A stretch of DNA of 64,000 bases from an uncultured delta proteobacterium (GTDB lineage: Bacteria; Desulfobacterota; Binatia; DP-6): NCBI GenBank assembly GCA_963815115.1, contig CAWFFN010000007.1, positions 1,173,147 through 1,237,146 on the forward strand, read 5' to 3'. Shown one piece after another: positions 1 to 9,465 of this stretch. The notes beneath the pieces are model-generated. The model worked only from the letters and a program-made list of their open reading frames with translations. It was not told the origin of the DNA and ran no database searches. A program made the translations under genes and the position numbers. The stretch's first letter is position 1. Each line of letters begins with the position of its first letter.

Positions 1-444
1 GGGCGGATCGCGCCCCATGAAATATCCCTGGCGGAGAACTGCATCTTCAGCGGCCCGATCCGAGTCGCACGCCGTCAAACGGGCTGCCTGCGCTTCTGCT
101 ACGTCCCGCCCGACTCGCGCACTCCGCGCCGCTACGAATGCCAGCCCGACCTCCTGGACCGGGCGGTCGAGGAACGCTTCCCCGCCGGCTCGGCGCGCGA
201 ACGGGCGAGGAGCAACGAGCGACTGCGCGTGGAGCCCGAATTCAACAGCACGCGCTACGGCACGCCGACGTACTGCCAGCTCGCAGACACCTGCGCCGAG
301 GAGATCAAGCGCGGCGCCGAGGACGAGTCGGAGATGGGCGCGTTTCACGACCTGTATCAGCCACAGCGGGCCGCCAATCTGCGCGCCCGCCTCGACGAGT
401 ACACGCCCGCCGGAATGGACGCGGGCATCATCTACGTAGACTGA
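1..444 (+). CDS. eCIS/phage-tail-associated protein, C-terminal part (5' truncated by window edge)
   Basis: Frame 1 is open from base 1: ...NCIFSGPIRVARRQTGCLRFCYVPPDSRTPRRYECQPD...STRYGTPTYCQL...GAEDESEMGAFHDLYQPQRAANLRARLDEYTPAG. This is the C-terminus typical of the protein encoded just upstream of DUF6519 in eCIS loci. Confidence 0.75.
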   Translation, partial: GRIAPHEISLAENCIFSGPIRVARRQTGCLRFCYVPPDSRTPRRYECQPDLLDRAVEERFPAGSARERARSNERLRVEPEFNSTRYGTPTYCQLADTCAEEIKRGAEDESEMGAFHDLYQPQRAANLRARLDEYTPAGMDAGIIYVD

Positions 445-461
445 ACGAGTCGGAGGCGCAC

Positions 462-1868
462 ATGAGCAACGGCAGTCGACCGAGCGGCCAGGGAGACTTC
501 AGGGGTGACTTCACCCGCGATACATTCGATGCCGCGAAGCGCTTCAGCCGCGTTTTCATGCAACAGGGCCGCGTTCAGCTCGATGCCGACTGGAACGAGC
601 AGACGTCCATCGTCTTGCACTACCTGCGCTCATTGGCGGCCGATTTGATCGGCCAGCACGGCGGCCCTGGGGATAGCTTCAAACTCGACACGGTCGTGGT
701 CACCGATGGGACCCTCACCTTCACCGTGACGCCGGGTCGCTACTACGTCGATGGCATTCTGTGTGAGGCCGGCGACCCCTTCGTCATCGACGAGGCGAGC
801 GTGACGCAGGGTACCAATCTGGTGTTTCTCGACGTCTGGGAACGGCACGTCACCAGCAACGAAGACCCCGACATCTCCGAGGTCGCGCTGGGCGGCCCCG
901 ACACGACGACGCGCGCACAGGTCGTCTGTCACCTCACGGTGCCGACCCTCACGGACGACCAGAAGAATGCACTCAAGGCCGCCGATACGGACGCGAAGCT
1001 GCGCGCGTTTGCTGACTCGGTACTGGGTGATCTGGGGTCATTCACAAAGCCCACCTTGCGCGCCCGGGCGAAGGTCGCCCAACCAATCGAAGCGTGTCAC
1101 ATCTCACCCGAGGCGCAGTACCGCGGCGCGGAGAACCAACTCTACCGCGTCGAGATTCACCATGGCGGCGCGGCATGGGATGGGACCATGGACACGGAGA
1201 AGGCCCAACCCGTGTTCACCGACGCGACCGCTACCTTCAAGTGGTCACGCGACAACGGCTCCGTCGTCTTTCCGGTGCTCGCCCTGAAAGGCAAATCGGT
1301 CACGCTGGCCAACCTCGGACGTGACCATCGCCGCACTCTGACCATAGGTGACTGGGTCGAGGTCGTGGATGACGATCTCGCGTCGCGGGGCCAGCCCGGG
1401 GAGCTACGGCAGATCAAGGACGTCAAGACTGACGAGATGACCGTCACGCTGAATGAAGAGGTGGATCAGAGCTACGACGAGGCCAGCACGACACATCCTT
1501 TGCTTCGCCGCTGGGATCACTCGACCTCGGACGCCCAGCCCGCGGACGGGGCGCTGCTGTTCAAGGAAGCCGCGGGCGAGGATGACGGCAACTGGATCAC
1601 GCTGGAGGACGGCGTGCAGATTCAGTTCGCCACCTCCGACGCTGGGGCTCTCTACCACGCCGGCGACTACTGGCTCATTCCGGCCAGGGTGGCGACGGGT
1701 GACGTCCTGTGGCCCAAGGTTCAGACCGGTGACAAACAGGTCGCGGATGGGAGGGCACCGCATGGTGTCGAGCATCATTACGCCCCGCTGGCAATCATCG
1801 ACGTCGCCGGCAGTACGATCAACGTCATCCTCGATCTCCGTCGTACGTTCCCTCCGCTCGCCACATGA
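462..1868 (+). CDS. DUF6519 domain protein (eCIS-associated)
   Basis: GGAGG RBS before ATG 462. Motifs GDFTRDTF, RVFMQQGRVQLDADWNEQ, PGRYYVDGILCE, LDVWERHVT, EVALGGPDTTTR, YRGAENQLYRVEIH, FKWSRDNGS, GDYWLIPAR, HHYAPLA. Confidence 0.85.
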   Translation: MSNGSRPSGQGDFRGDFTRDTFDAAKRFSRVFMQQGRVQLDADWNEQTSIVLHYLRSLAADLIGQHGGPGDSFKLDTVVVTDGTLTFTVTPGRYYVDGILCEAGDPFVIDEASVTQGTNLVFLDVWERHVTSNEDPDISEVALGGPDTTTRAQVVCHLTVPTLTDDQKNALKAADTDAKLRAFADSVLGDLGSFTKPTLRARAKVAQPIEACHISPEAQYRGAENQLYRVEIHHGGAAWDGTMDTEKAQPVFTDATATFKWSRDNGSVVFPVLALKGKSVTLANLGRDHRRTLTIGDWVEVVDDDLASRGQPGELRQIKDVKTDEMTVTLNEEVDQSYDEASTTHPLLRRWDHSTSDAQPADGALLFKEAAGEDDGNWITLEDGVQIQFATSDAGALYHAGDYWLIPARVATGDVLWPKVQTGDKQVADGRAPHGVEHHYAPLAIIDVAGSTINVILDLRRTFPPLAT

Positions 1869-3079
1869 GCCTCGAGCATCTCGATACGGTCATTTCCTTC
1901 GTGGTGATCCTTGCGGGCGTCAGCCTGCTCGTCACCACACTGACGCAGATGGCTTCGGCGCTGCTGGGCTTGCGGGGCACTAACCTCCGCTGGGGGATCA
2001 CGACCCTGCTCAAGGAGCTGGATCCCGAGCTCAGGGCTTACGCTCCTTCGATCAGCCAGGCCGTCCTGCACCATCCGCTCATCTCGGATTCCACGTTCTC
2101 TCGCTTCGGCGCCCGGCTCCTCGGACGATGGAAGCTGGCCTCGGCGATTCGCAAGGATGAATTGATCGGAATACTCCACATCCTCGCCGAGTCTCCCCCG
2201 GCTGCCGCATCCGGCGCCAACACGGAGACCTGGCAGCCCAAGCTTCGCGACGCGCTCGAACAGCTCGACCGGGACGCGGCGGGCAGTGTCGTACTGGCCG
2301 CGCCGGAGATCCGGAAGCTGTTTCCGGGCGATGCCGACAAGAGCGAGCAGGTGCTGGCGCAGATGATGACCTCCGCCGAACATGTCTCCGGCACGATCAA
2401 CGCGTGGTTCGACTCGACGATGGATCGGGTCAAGCAGCGGTTTGCGATGCACGCCAGGATCTCCACGATCATCTTCTCCGTGGCGATCGCGCTTGCTCTG
2501 CACCTGGACGCATTCAAGCTGCTGACGCAGCTCTCCACGGATGCCGAGCTGCGTGCGCGGCTGATCTCCAGCGCCGACACCCTCGCCAGGAAGGCCGACG
2601 AGATCCTCGTGACGTCCCCGAACGCCTCCACGGTCTACGTCGTGGCCATGCAGCAACTGCTCAGCGATGCGGGGAACGAGCTCGCGGGAGTAGGACAGCC
2701 CTCGGGATTCACCGACCTGTCCGGAGGAAAGCAATGGCTGGCGGATCAGCTGAAGGCCGCCCACATTCACGACCCCGACAAGTGGCTGGCACGGTACGAG
2801 GCCCTGGTGCCCCAAGCAGCGCTGCGCACGGCGGCGGACGATTTCCACTCGATCCTGAACGACAAGCTGAAGTTCCAGCTCATCCCCGATCCCTACCCTT
2901 CGCCGATCTACAACTACTGGACGCCGAGCTGGCTTCACCTCTGGGGCGTCGTCGCGAGCGCCGCTTTGCTGAGCCTGGGAGCACCTTTCTGGTTCAACAT
3001 GCTCAAGACGCTCAGTAGCCTCCGCCCAGTGGTGGCAAACAAGCAAGAGCAGGAAGCCGGGGAGGAAGCGAAGACGTGA
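1865..3079 (+). CDS. Membrane protein of unknown function, translationally coupled to DUF6519
   Basis: ATGA overlap with the upstream stop. Hydrophobic segments at the N-terminus, in the middle and at the C-terminus (LWGVVASAALLSLGAPFWFNML); WFDSTMDRV motif. Confidence 0.75.
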   Translation: MSLEHLDTVISFVVILAGVSLLVTTLTQMASALLGLRGTNLRWGITTLLKELDPELRAYAPSISQAVLHHPLISDSTFSRFGARLLGRWKLASAIRKDELIGILHILAESPPAAASGANTETWQPKLRDALEQLDRDAAGSVVLAAPEIRKLFPGDADKSEQVLAQMMTSAEHVSGTINAWFDSTMDRVKQRFAMHARISTIIFSVAIALALHLDAFKLLTQLSTDAELRARLISSADTLARKADEILVTSPNASTVYVVAMQQLLSDAGNELAGVGQPSGFTDLSGGKQWLADQLKAAHIHDPDKWLARYEALVPQAALRTAADDFHSILNDKLKFQLIPDPYPSPIYNYWTPSWLHLWGVVASAALLSLGAPFWFNMLKTLSSLRPVVANKQEQEAGEEAKT

Positions 3080-3362
3080 TTGGCGGACTTTCCCGGAGGC
3101 TCGCACGTAGGCCGCCTTGGTTGACGGCACCATGGGCCGTCGCTAGCATCGCGAGCAAGCGGACGGGTGCTCTCCGCACGTGTGAGAGGTTGCCGTATGC
3201 TTCGCAGTCGAACTGCTGGTGTTCACGAGGGCTTGCCGCCTCCTGGCCATCGGGGGGCGGCGCCCGGAGTCCGTCGCCCTCGAGAGCACGCTTCCGAGAC
3301 GGCCCCCACGTCCAAGCGCGGGCTTTCGCCGGCTTCCAGCCGAGGAACAGAGAGCGTACCGA

Positions 3363-4463
3363 ATGAGAATGCAACCACTCAACGCTAAGCCCACGTCGAC
3401 GCGAGCGCTCCCCTTGTTGCCCGCGCGAGGCCAGTTCCTGCAGCGGAAGTGTGCGTGTGCGGGGAAGGCCGCCGCAGCCGAGGGCTGCGCGGCGTGCCTC
3501 GAGAAGGAGCCGTTGCAACGTCGTGCGATGAGCACAGCTGAGCAAACGGGCGCGCCGGTCCGCGTGCGTGATGTGCTTCAGTCACGCGGCCAGCCGCTCG
3601 ATTTGCGCAATCGCGCCTTCATGAAGACCTACTTCGGGCACGACTTCAGCCGCGTGCGAGTCCACACCGACGCACGAGCTGCAGAGTCTGCGCGGGAAGC
3701 CGGCGCGCTGGCATACACGGCCGGGGATCAGATTGTGTTTGGGTCGGGACAATATGCGCCGAGATCGCCGAAAGGCATGGAGCTGCTCGCCCACGAGCTC
3801 GCCCACGTGATCCAGCAGCGCTCTGGGAGGGTTGTAGCTGAGCATGGAGTCGGCTCACCGCAAAGCGCTCACGAGCACGAAGCCGATAGTTTCGCTGAAC
3901 GTGTATCTCGGATGATCTCACAGACGCGTGTCTTCCAAAGGTCCTCCCCTTCCACTGTGAATTGCCTCACGAAGGGAGCAAGCGAGGCGGCGGACACGGA
4001 GACGTCATTTGAGCCTCCTGATCCGCGCTTCTTGTACCAAAACAACGGCGACACGACCTGCAGGTTCCCGGCAGGGACGCCCTCGACCACCATTTCCAAC
4101 ACAGATTGCGCCCGGCCATGCACCGTGAGGCATGAAGGCATCCACAGCGCTGATATTTCTCCGTGCTGCGCTGCCGCCGGGAGGGCACACGCCGCCGCTG
4201 CAACGCCCGCGGCCAAGACTGCAGTTGAAGATCGCTTCTTCACGTGGATGGGTAGCAACCGTAGCTGGTTCGAATGTCGGGCCTATGCAGAAAGCGTCAG
4301 ATGCGCCGATGGGATGATTACCGCGAAGCATTGTTCGAGTCCGGCGCCGGGTGACGCGGCATGCTGCGGGACCCTGGCCTCGTACCGTTCAGACAAGGAG
4401 ACCCGCCGCGCAAGCAATTGTGCCGCCGCGGCGGCCAACTTGTCTGCCTGTCCCTTTCCGTAG
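3363..4463 (+). CDS. DUF4157 (eCIS core) protein with Cys-rich HExxH C-terminal extension
   Basis: LQRKCAC, GQPLD, FGHDFSRVRVHTD, ALAYTAGDQIVFG, LLAHELAHVIQQ, EHEAD. The C-terminal region has HEGIH...ECRAY and 12 Cys. Confidence 0.85.
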   Translation: MRMQPLNAKPTSTRALPLLPARGQFLQRKCACAGKAAAAEGCAACLEKEPLQRRAMSTAEQTGAPVRVRDVLQSRGQPLDLRNRAFMKTYFGHDFSRVRVHTDARAAESAREAGALAYTAGDQIVFGSGQYAPRSPKGMELLAHELAHVIQQRSGRVVAEHGVGSPQSAHEHEADSFAERVSRMISQTRVFQRSSPSTVNCLTKGASEAADTETSFEPPDPRFLYQNNGDTTCRFPAGTPSTTISNTDCARPCTVRHEGIHSADISPCCAAAGRAHAAAATPAAKTAVEDRFFTWMGSNRSWFECRAYAESVRCADGMITAKHCSSPAPGDAACCGTLASYRSDKETRRASNCAAAAANLSACPFP

Positions 4464-4485
4464 GAAGAACGGGCAAGGCGGGACC

Positions 4486-5238
4486 GTGAAGAGGAAGCGC
4501 CTCGTCAGGCCGCTTGTCGGGGGCGCGGTGATGATGGCGGCGCTCTGGGTATCTCAGGCGCTCCGACCAGAGAGTGGTGCTGCCGCGGATGGAGGACACC
4601 GCGACAGCACGGGTGCCAGGCGGGGGGATACGACGTGCTCGGACAACTCCGCGCAATTGTCGAGGGGAGAAGAGATGGATGAGGTCAAGCTTCTAGAGGA
4701 TCAGGAAGTGAAACTACGGCTCCCCATGTCCGGCTATCGCCTGATTCCCGGGTATACGGGTCACCTCGGATTGCCGGTGGAGATCCACCTGCGGCTGTAT
4801 GCGGTCAAGGACCAGGAGAAGAGGCTGATAGCCAGTCCTGACGACCTGTCGCGTATCGTCACGCATATTGACGACGAGGATGCGGCGTGGCGTTTTCTCC
4901 GTCTCTTTACAGCGCCGGCAACTCACTACCTCTTCCAGAAGGGCGTCTACACGATCGATCTGGAAGTATCATCCCCGGGCTTGCAGACCGGCGAGGGCGT
5001 GATCTCACCCGAGGTGGCTCAGCGGATTGGTCTCCAGCCGGCAGAGATGACGCGGGAGAACCGTCAGTATGTTGCCAGCCGCGATCTGGTGCGCGCGAAT
5101 GCAATGGAGCGAGGAGCGCCGGCCGAAGTCCTTCGCCGCCGTGAAACGCTCTCTGAGGGAGCCGCGTATCGCCTGATAGAGGACCGTGTGAAGGGAAGCA
5201 TCCCGCGCCAGGATGTGACCTTCCCGTCGTATGAATGA
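4486..5238 (+). CDS. Exported hypothetical protein (candidate immunity/partner of the DUF4157 protein)
   Basis: GTG start 22 nt after the DUF4157 stop. Basic-hydrophobic N-terminus (KRKRLVRPLVGGAVMMAALWVSQA); start position uncertain. Confidence 0.6.
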   Translation: MKRKRLVRPLVGGAVMMAALWVSQALRPESGAAADGGHRDSTGARRGDTTCSDNSAQLSRGEEMDEVKLLEDQEVKLRLPMSGYRLIPGYTGHLGLPVEIHLRLYAVKDQEKRLIASPDDLSRIVTHIDDEDAAWRFLRLFTAPATHYLFQKGVYTIDLEVSSPGLQTGEGVISPEVAQRIGLQPAEMTRENRQYVASRDLVRANAMERGAPAEVLRRRETLSEGAAYRLIEDRVKGSIPRQDVTFPSYE

Positions 5239-5352
5239 GTCGCGAGACAGGCGGGAGGTGACCCGCGCCTCTTCGATCCGTTCCGCGCGCTAGGATCACC
5301 GACGCCGCGGGTGCTTGCCTGCGTGTGGTGAACGGCGGTAGAGGGTTCCCCC

Positions 5353-5370
5353 TGTTCCCGAACGGGAACA
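5353..5370. promoter_or_regulatory. Perfect inverted repeat TGTTCCCG-AA-CGGGAACA upstream of the cyclase gene
   Basis: 8-bp arms ending 18 nt before ATG 5389. Confidence 0.35.
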
Positions 5371-5388
5371 CCCCGACGCGAAGGCCGT

Positions 5389-7414
5389 ATGCCCGACGAT
5401 CCGCTGTCCCGCAGACTCACCACGATCGTTGCGCTCGACGTCGCGGGCTATTCCGCACGCACGGAAGCCGATGAGGCGAGAACCGCGGCCGAGGTGGCGG
5501 CGCTGCGGCGCGTGATCGAAGGCATCGCCACGGCGCAAGGCGGGCGCGTGTTCAACACCGCAGGCGATGGCTTCATGCTGGAGTTCGGCTCGAGCCTGGC
5601 CGCCGTCGAGGCCGCCTACGCCCTCGCAGACACGTGCGAGCCCAAGGTGCGGGTCGGCGTACATCTGGGCGACGTCGTGGTGCAGCCCAATGGCGACCTC
5701 CTCGGCCACGGCGTCAATGTCGCGTACCGCCTGATGGCGCGCAGCGATCCAGGTTCGGTGTTGGTGTCGGCCGACGTGCGCCGTACGATCCGGGGCCCGT
5801 TGGCCGAGCGTCTCGTCTCGCGCGGCAGCCTGCAGCTCGACAAGATGACGGAGACCATCGAGGCCTTCGCGCTCGGTTCCGCGGCGTCGGTCAACGTCGC
5901 GACGCCACCCACGAGCACCGAGCCGCTTCTCGCCGTGCTACCCTTCGACAACCTGTCGGATGATCGGGAGATGCAGTTCTTCTCGGACGGCGTGTCGGAG
6001 GAGATCATTCAACGGCTGTCACGCGGCGCACAGATGAAAGTGATCGGGCGCACATCGAGCTTTCAGTTTCGTGGTGCGGACAAGACTGCCGCGCAACGTG
6101 GCGAAGGAGCTCAAGTGCTCGCACATCCTGGACGGCTCCATCCGCCGGGCGGGCGGGCGGGTGCGCATCGCGACGCATCTCGTGGACGCGACCTCGCAGA
6201 CGACCCTGTGGTCGGATCGGTATGACCGCAGCCTCGAAGACATCTTCGCCGTGCAGGACGAGATCTCCGAACACATCGCGGCCGCCCTCGACAGGACCTT
6301 CACGAGCTTCTCGACCAAGGCGATCGATCCGGCGGTCTATGACCTCTATCTGCACGCCAGCCCCAGGTCCTATGCGCCCGAGGAGCTGCGGACCAACATC
6401 GGCCTGCTGGAGGTCGCCACGCAGCGCGGCCCCACTTTCGCCGAAGCCTGGGGTCGGCTCGCGTATCTGCGGGCCTGGCTGCGCCTCTATCAGCCGTTTG
6501 CCGATCGCGCTGCGAGCGCCGGCCTGGTGGCGAACGAAGCAGAGCGGGCGTTGGCTCTCGATCCGCAGAACGTCGACGCCCTGTTGGCGCAGTTCTTCCT
6601 CATCCCCCCCTTCGGACGGTTCGTCGAGGCCGACGCGGTCATGGGGCGCATCGGGCGGGCGGCCGGCCTCGGCGCCGGAGGAATCTACGTCGGCTGGCAC
6701 TGCAGGGCCATCGGACGGCTTCGCGAAAGCGCCGAAGCGACGGAGCGCGCCTTCCTGTTGGACGCATTGAACCCGATGTCCGCGAATCTGGTCGCGCTCT
6801 CGAGAATGGCGACGGGGCGCGTTGCGGAAGCCGTGCCGGTTTTCGAGGACCTCATGGCGCGCGTGCCCGACATGAGCTTCCCGGTTGCGAACCTGCTGCG
6901 CGCGCAGGCCTTCCTCGAGGATTGGGCGGCGGTCGACCGGCTACTGGATCCTGCGGCACGACACCCTCTGCGCGAGTTTCAGGACGGTCTGGCGTTCATC
7001 CGGACCAAGCGCGACCCCACGCCGGAGAACATCGGCGCCATCCGAGACGCGCTCGCGGCGGATTGCACCAGGACGGGATGCGTCGACGTCTCGCGGCTCG
7101 TGTACGCAGCGCACCTCGGCCTGGTCGAGAAAGCCTACCGGACGGCCGAGACCGCCTGCCTCGGTCCGGGTGGTACCGAAGACGACATCATGGGTCCGGA
7201 CGGCTACCGCACCGGGCTGTTGTTCCACGCTGGGATGCCTGAATTGCGCAACGATCCGCGCTTCGCGCTCCTGTGCGCACGCCTCGGCCTCGTCGAATTC
7301 TGGTTGGCGACGGGCAAATGGCCCGACTGCGTCGATGAAGTTCCCTACGACTTCAAGGCCGAATGCGAGAAGGTGCGCATGGTTCCGATACACGAGTTCA
7401 GGTTTTTGAACTGA
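5389..7414 (+). pseudogene. Class III adenylate/guanylate cyclase - TolB_N-like - TPR protein, frameshifted near 6090
   Basis: RRLTTIVALDVAGYS, NTAGDGFMLEF, RVGVHLGDV, GHGVNVAYRL, LAVLPFDNLS, FSDGVSEEII, IGRTSSFQFRG. Continues in another frame as NVAKELKCSHILDGSIRRAGGRVRI...WSDRYDR; one extra base (real or sequencing error). Confidence 0.8.
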
Positions 7415-7449
7415 CACCGCGCGCCCCATCTTCCCTCGGCCTGACGTAG

Positions 7450-7680
7450 CTCTTCATCTCCACGACCTCCGCGTGGTCGAGCATCTGAGCGACCGCGTCG
7501 CGACCATGTCCCTCGGGACGATCGGCGAGATCGCCTCCCGCGACGAGGTCTACACCGATGCGCGACATCGATACACGCGCGCGCTGCTCGCCGCCGTTTC
7601 GGTGCCGGACCCGCTACGGCGTGCGGAGCGGCCGCCGCTCCGCGGCGACTTCCCGAGCCCGCTCTCGCCACCGCCGCCCC
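7450..7680 (+). pseudogene. Fragment of oligopeptide ABC transporter ATPase (C-terminal part)
   Basis: LFIS/HDLRVVEHLSDRVATM...HRYTRALLAAVSVPDP...LRGDFPSPLSPP; no Walker A region, with a stop and an indel. Confidence 0.7.
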
Positions 7681-7955
7681 TTTCCGAGACGGCCAGAGCG
7701 GGGCGCGGCCGTCTGGCGCATTCGCAAACCTGAGAGAGGTATTCGCAGACCCAAGACAGATTGGTATGGTGTTGCCCTATGCCCGTGGGTGTCACCATGT
7801 TGCTCACCGACACGGTAAACGCCCTTCTACCGGCCGGGCGACGGGCGGGCGCGGCGCGTTCGGCGGTCCGGCTCTTGCTTGGTCTCACCCGGGAACGGCC
7901 TCCGGCACGCCCCGGCCGATGACAGCCGACCGGAACAACGCTCGAGAGGAGACTC

Positions 7956-9344
7956 ATGCGACATCCGAGGATCAACCATGCGACCGCGATGGCCGCCGCC
8001 TTGGTGCTCACCTTCCTCCGCGTGGTGGCCTGGGCGGAAGCCCAGGATGAGCTGGACGGCCAGCTGACCGCCGTCCTGCACCAGCACGGCTTCACGGGCG
8101 CCGTCGAGAGCACCCTAGAGGCGAGGATCGGACGGCGGATCGACCAACGTCTGGCGCGGCTCGGCAAGGTGCTGTGGTTCGATGAGCTGACCTCGGTCAA
8201 TGACGACAACACGTGCGGTGGGTGCCACGCGCCGCCAGCCAACATGGGAGACACGCAGTCGATCGCCATCGGCATCGAGAACAACCGCCTCGTCGGGCCG
8301 GACCGGATCGGCCCCAGGAACCAGCGCCGAGCTCCCACGGTGGTCAATGCCGCGTTCTATCCGAATCTCATGTGGAACTCGCGATTTGCGTCGCTGTCGC
8401 GCGACCCGTTCGACAACGGCGCCGGGTTCAGCTTCCCGGCGCCCGAAGGAACCCGCCTGTCGTACGAACCGCAGCTCCTCATCGCACAAGCCTTCATCCC
8501 GCCGACCGAGCGAGTCGAGGCGGCGGGGTTTGCCTTTCCGGGTGACAACGACGACATCCGGGCGGAGGTCATCCGCCGCCTCAATGACACCGCGGCGTAT
8601 CGCGATCTCTTCGGACGCGTCTTTGCGGAGGTCCGCCGGGGCGATCCCATCACCTACGAGCACTTCTCGCGGGCGATCGCCGAGTTCGAGTTCACTCTCG
8701 TGTTCGCCGATGCACCGCTCGATCGTTTCGCGCGTGGTCGGACGCACGCCATGACGGCCGACCAGAAATCGGGCGCGCTTCTCTTCTTCGGAAAAGCTGG
8801 CTGCGTGCAGTGCCACGCCGTATCGGGCCAGTCGAACGAGATGTTCAGCGACTTCTCCCAGCACGTCGTCGGCGTGCCGCAGGTGACACCGAGCACCGGC
8901 AACGTCACGTTCGACGGTCCCGGCGGCAACGAGGATTTCGGGCTGGAGCAGATCACGGGCGATCCCGGGGACCGCTACAAGTTTCGCACCTCCCCGATCC
9001 GCAACGCGGCCGTGCAGCCCGCCTTCTTCCACAACGGCGCGTTCGTGACTCTCGAGGCTGCGATTCGTCACCATCTGAATGTCTACGAATCGGCCCGTAC
9101 CTACAGCACGGCGCAACTGGACGTCGATCTGCGTGGTCCGGTCGGCCCGATCGAGCCGGTGCTGGAGCGGCTGGATCCGCTGTTGCGGACGCCGATCGAA
9201 CTGACGGATGCCGAGTTCGGGCAACTCTACGCATTCGTGGCGGAAGCGCTCCTCGACCGGAGAGCGCTGCCCGTGCATCAGCGTCATCTGGTACCGAAGC
9301 GGGTGCCCAGCGGCCGTGCGATTCCGACGTTTCAGTTCGAGTAG
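7956..9344 (+). CDS. Di-heme cytochrome c peroxidase (MauG/CcpA-like), exported
   Basis: GAGGAG RBS, signal peptide, CGGCH and CVQCH heme motifs, RRAPTVVNAAF, MWNSRF, FRTSPIRN, FFHNG. Confidence 0.88.
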   Translation: MRHPRINHATAMAAALVLTFLRVVAWAEAQDELDGQLTAVLHQHGFTGAVESTLEARIGRRIDQRLARLGKVLWFDELTSVNDDNTCGGCHAPPANMGDTQSIAIGIENNRLVGPDRIGPRNQRRAPTVVNAAFYPNLMWNSRFASLSRDPFDNGAGFSFPAPEGTRLSYEPQLLIAQAFIPPTERVEAAGFAFPGDNDDIRAEVIRRLNDTAAYRDLFGRVFAEVRRGDPITYEHFSRAIAEFEFTLVFADAPLDRFARGRTHAMTADQKSGALLFFGKAGCVQCHAVSGQSNEMFSDFSQHVVGVPQVTPSTGNVTFDGPGGNEDFGLEQITGDPGDRYKFRTSPIRNAAVQPAFFHNGAFVTLEAAIRHHLNVYESARTYSTAQLDVDLRGPVGPIEPVLERLDPLLRTPIELTDAEFGQLYAFVAEALLDRRALPVHQRHLVPKRVPSGRAIPTFQFE

Positions 9345-9465
9345 GCGCGCGCCGCGCCCCTTCCGGCTGGTGGGCCTGACATTGCCCCTTTCTTGTCGTA
9401 ACTCCTGCAACCTAGCCTGGCGTGCGTAGACACGGCGGGTTGCCGGGCTCTTTGAGGAGGTGCTC

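Noticed and set aside
138-461. N-terminal extension of the DUF6519 ORF (likewise the extensions at 50047 and 54523)
   Set aside because: These overlap other genes or fragments; RBS and family motifs support the downstream ATGs.
7761-7777. sigma54-like TTGGTATGGTGTTGC upstream of the peroxidase
   Set aside because: GG-to-GC spacing is 9 nt, not the required 10.
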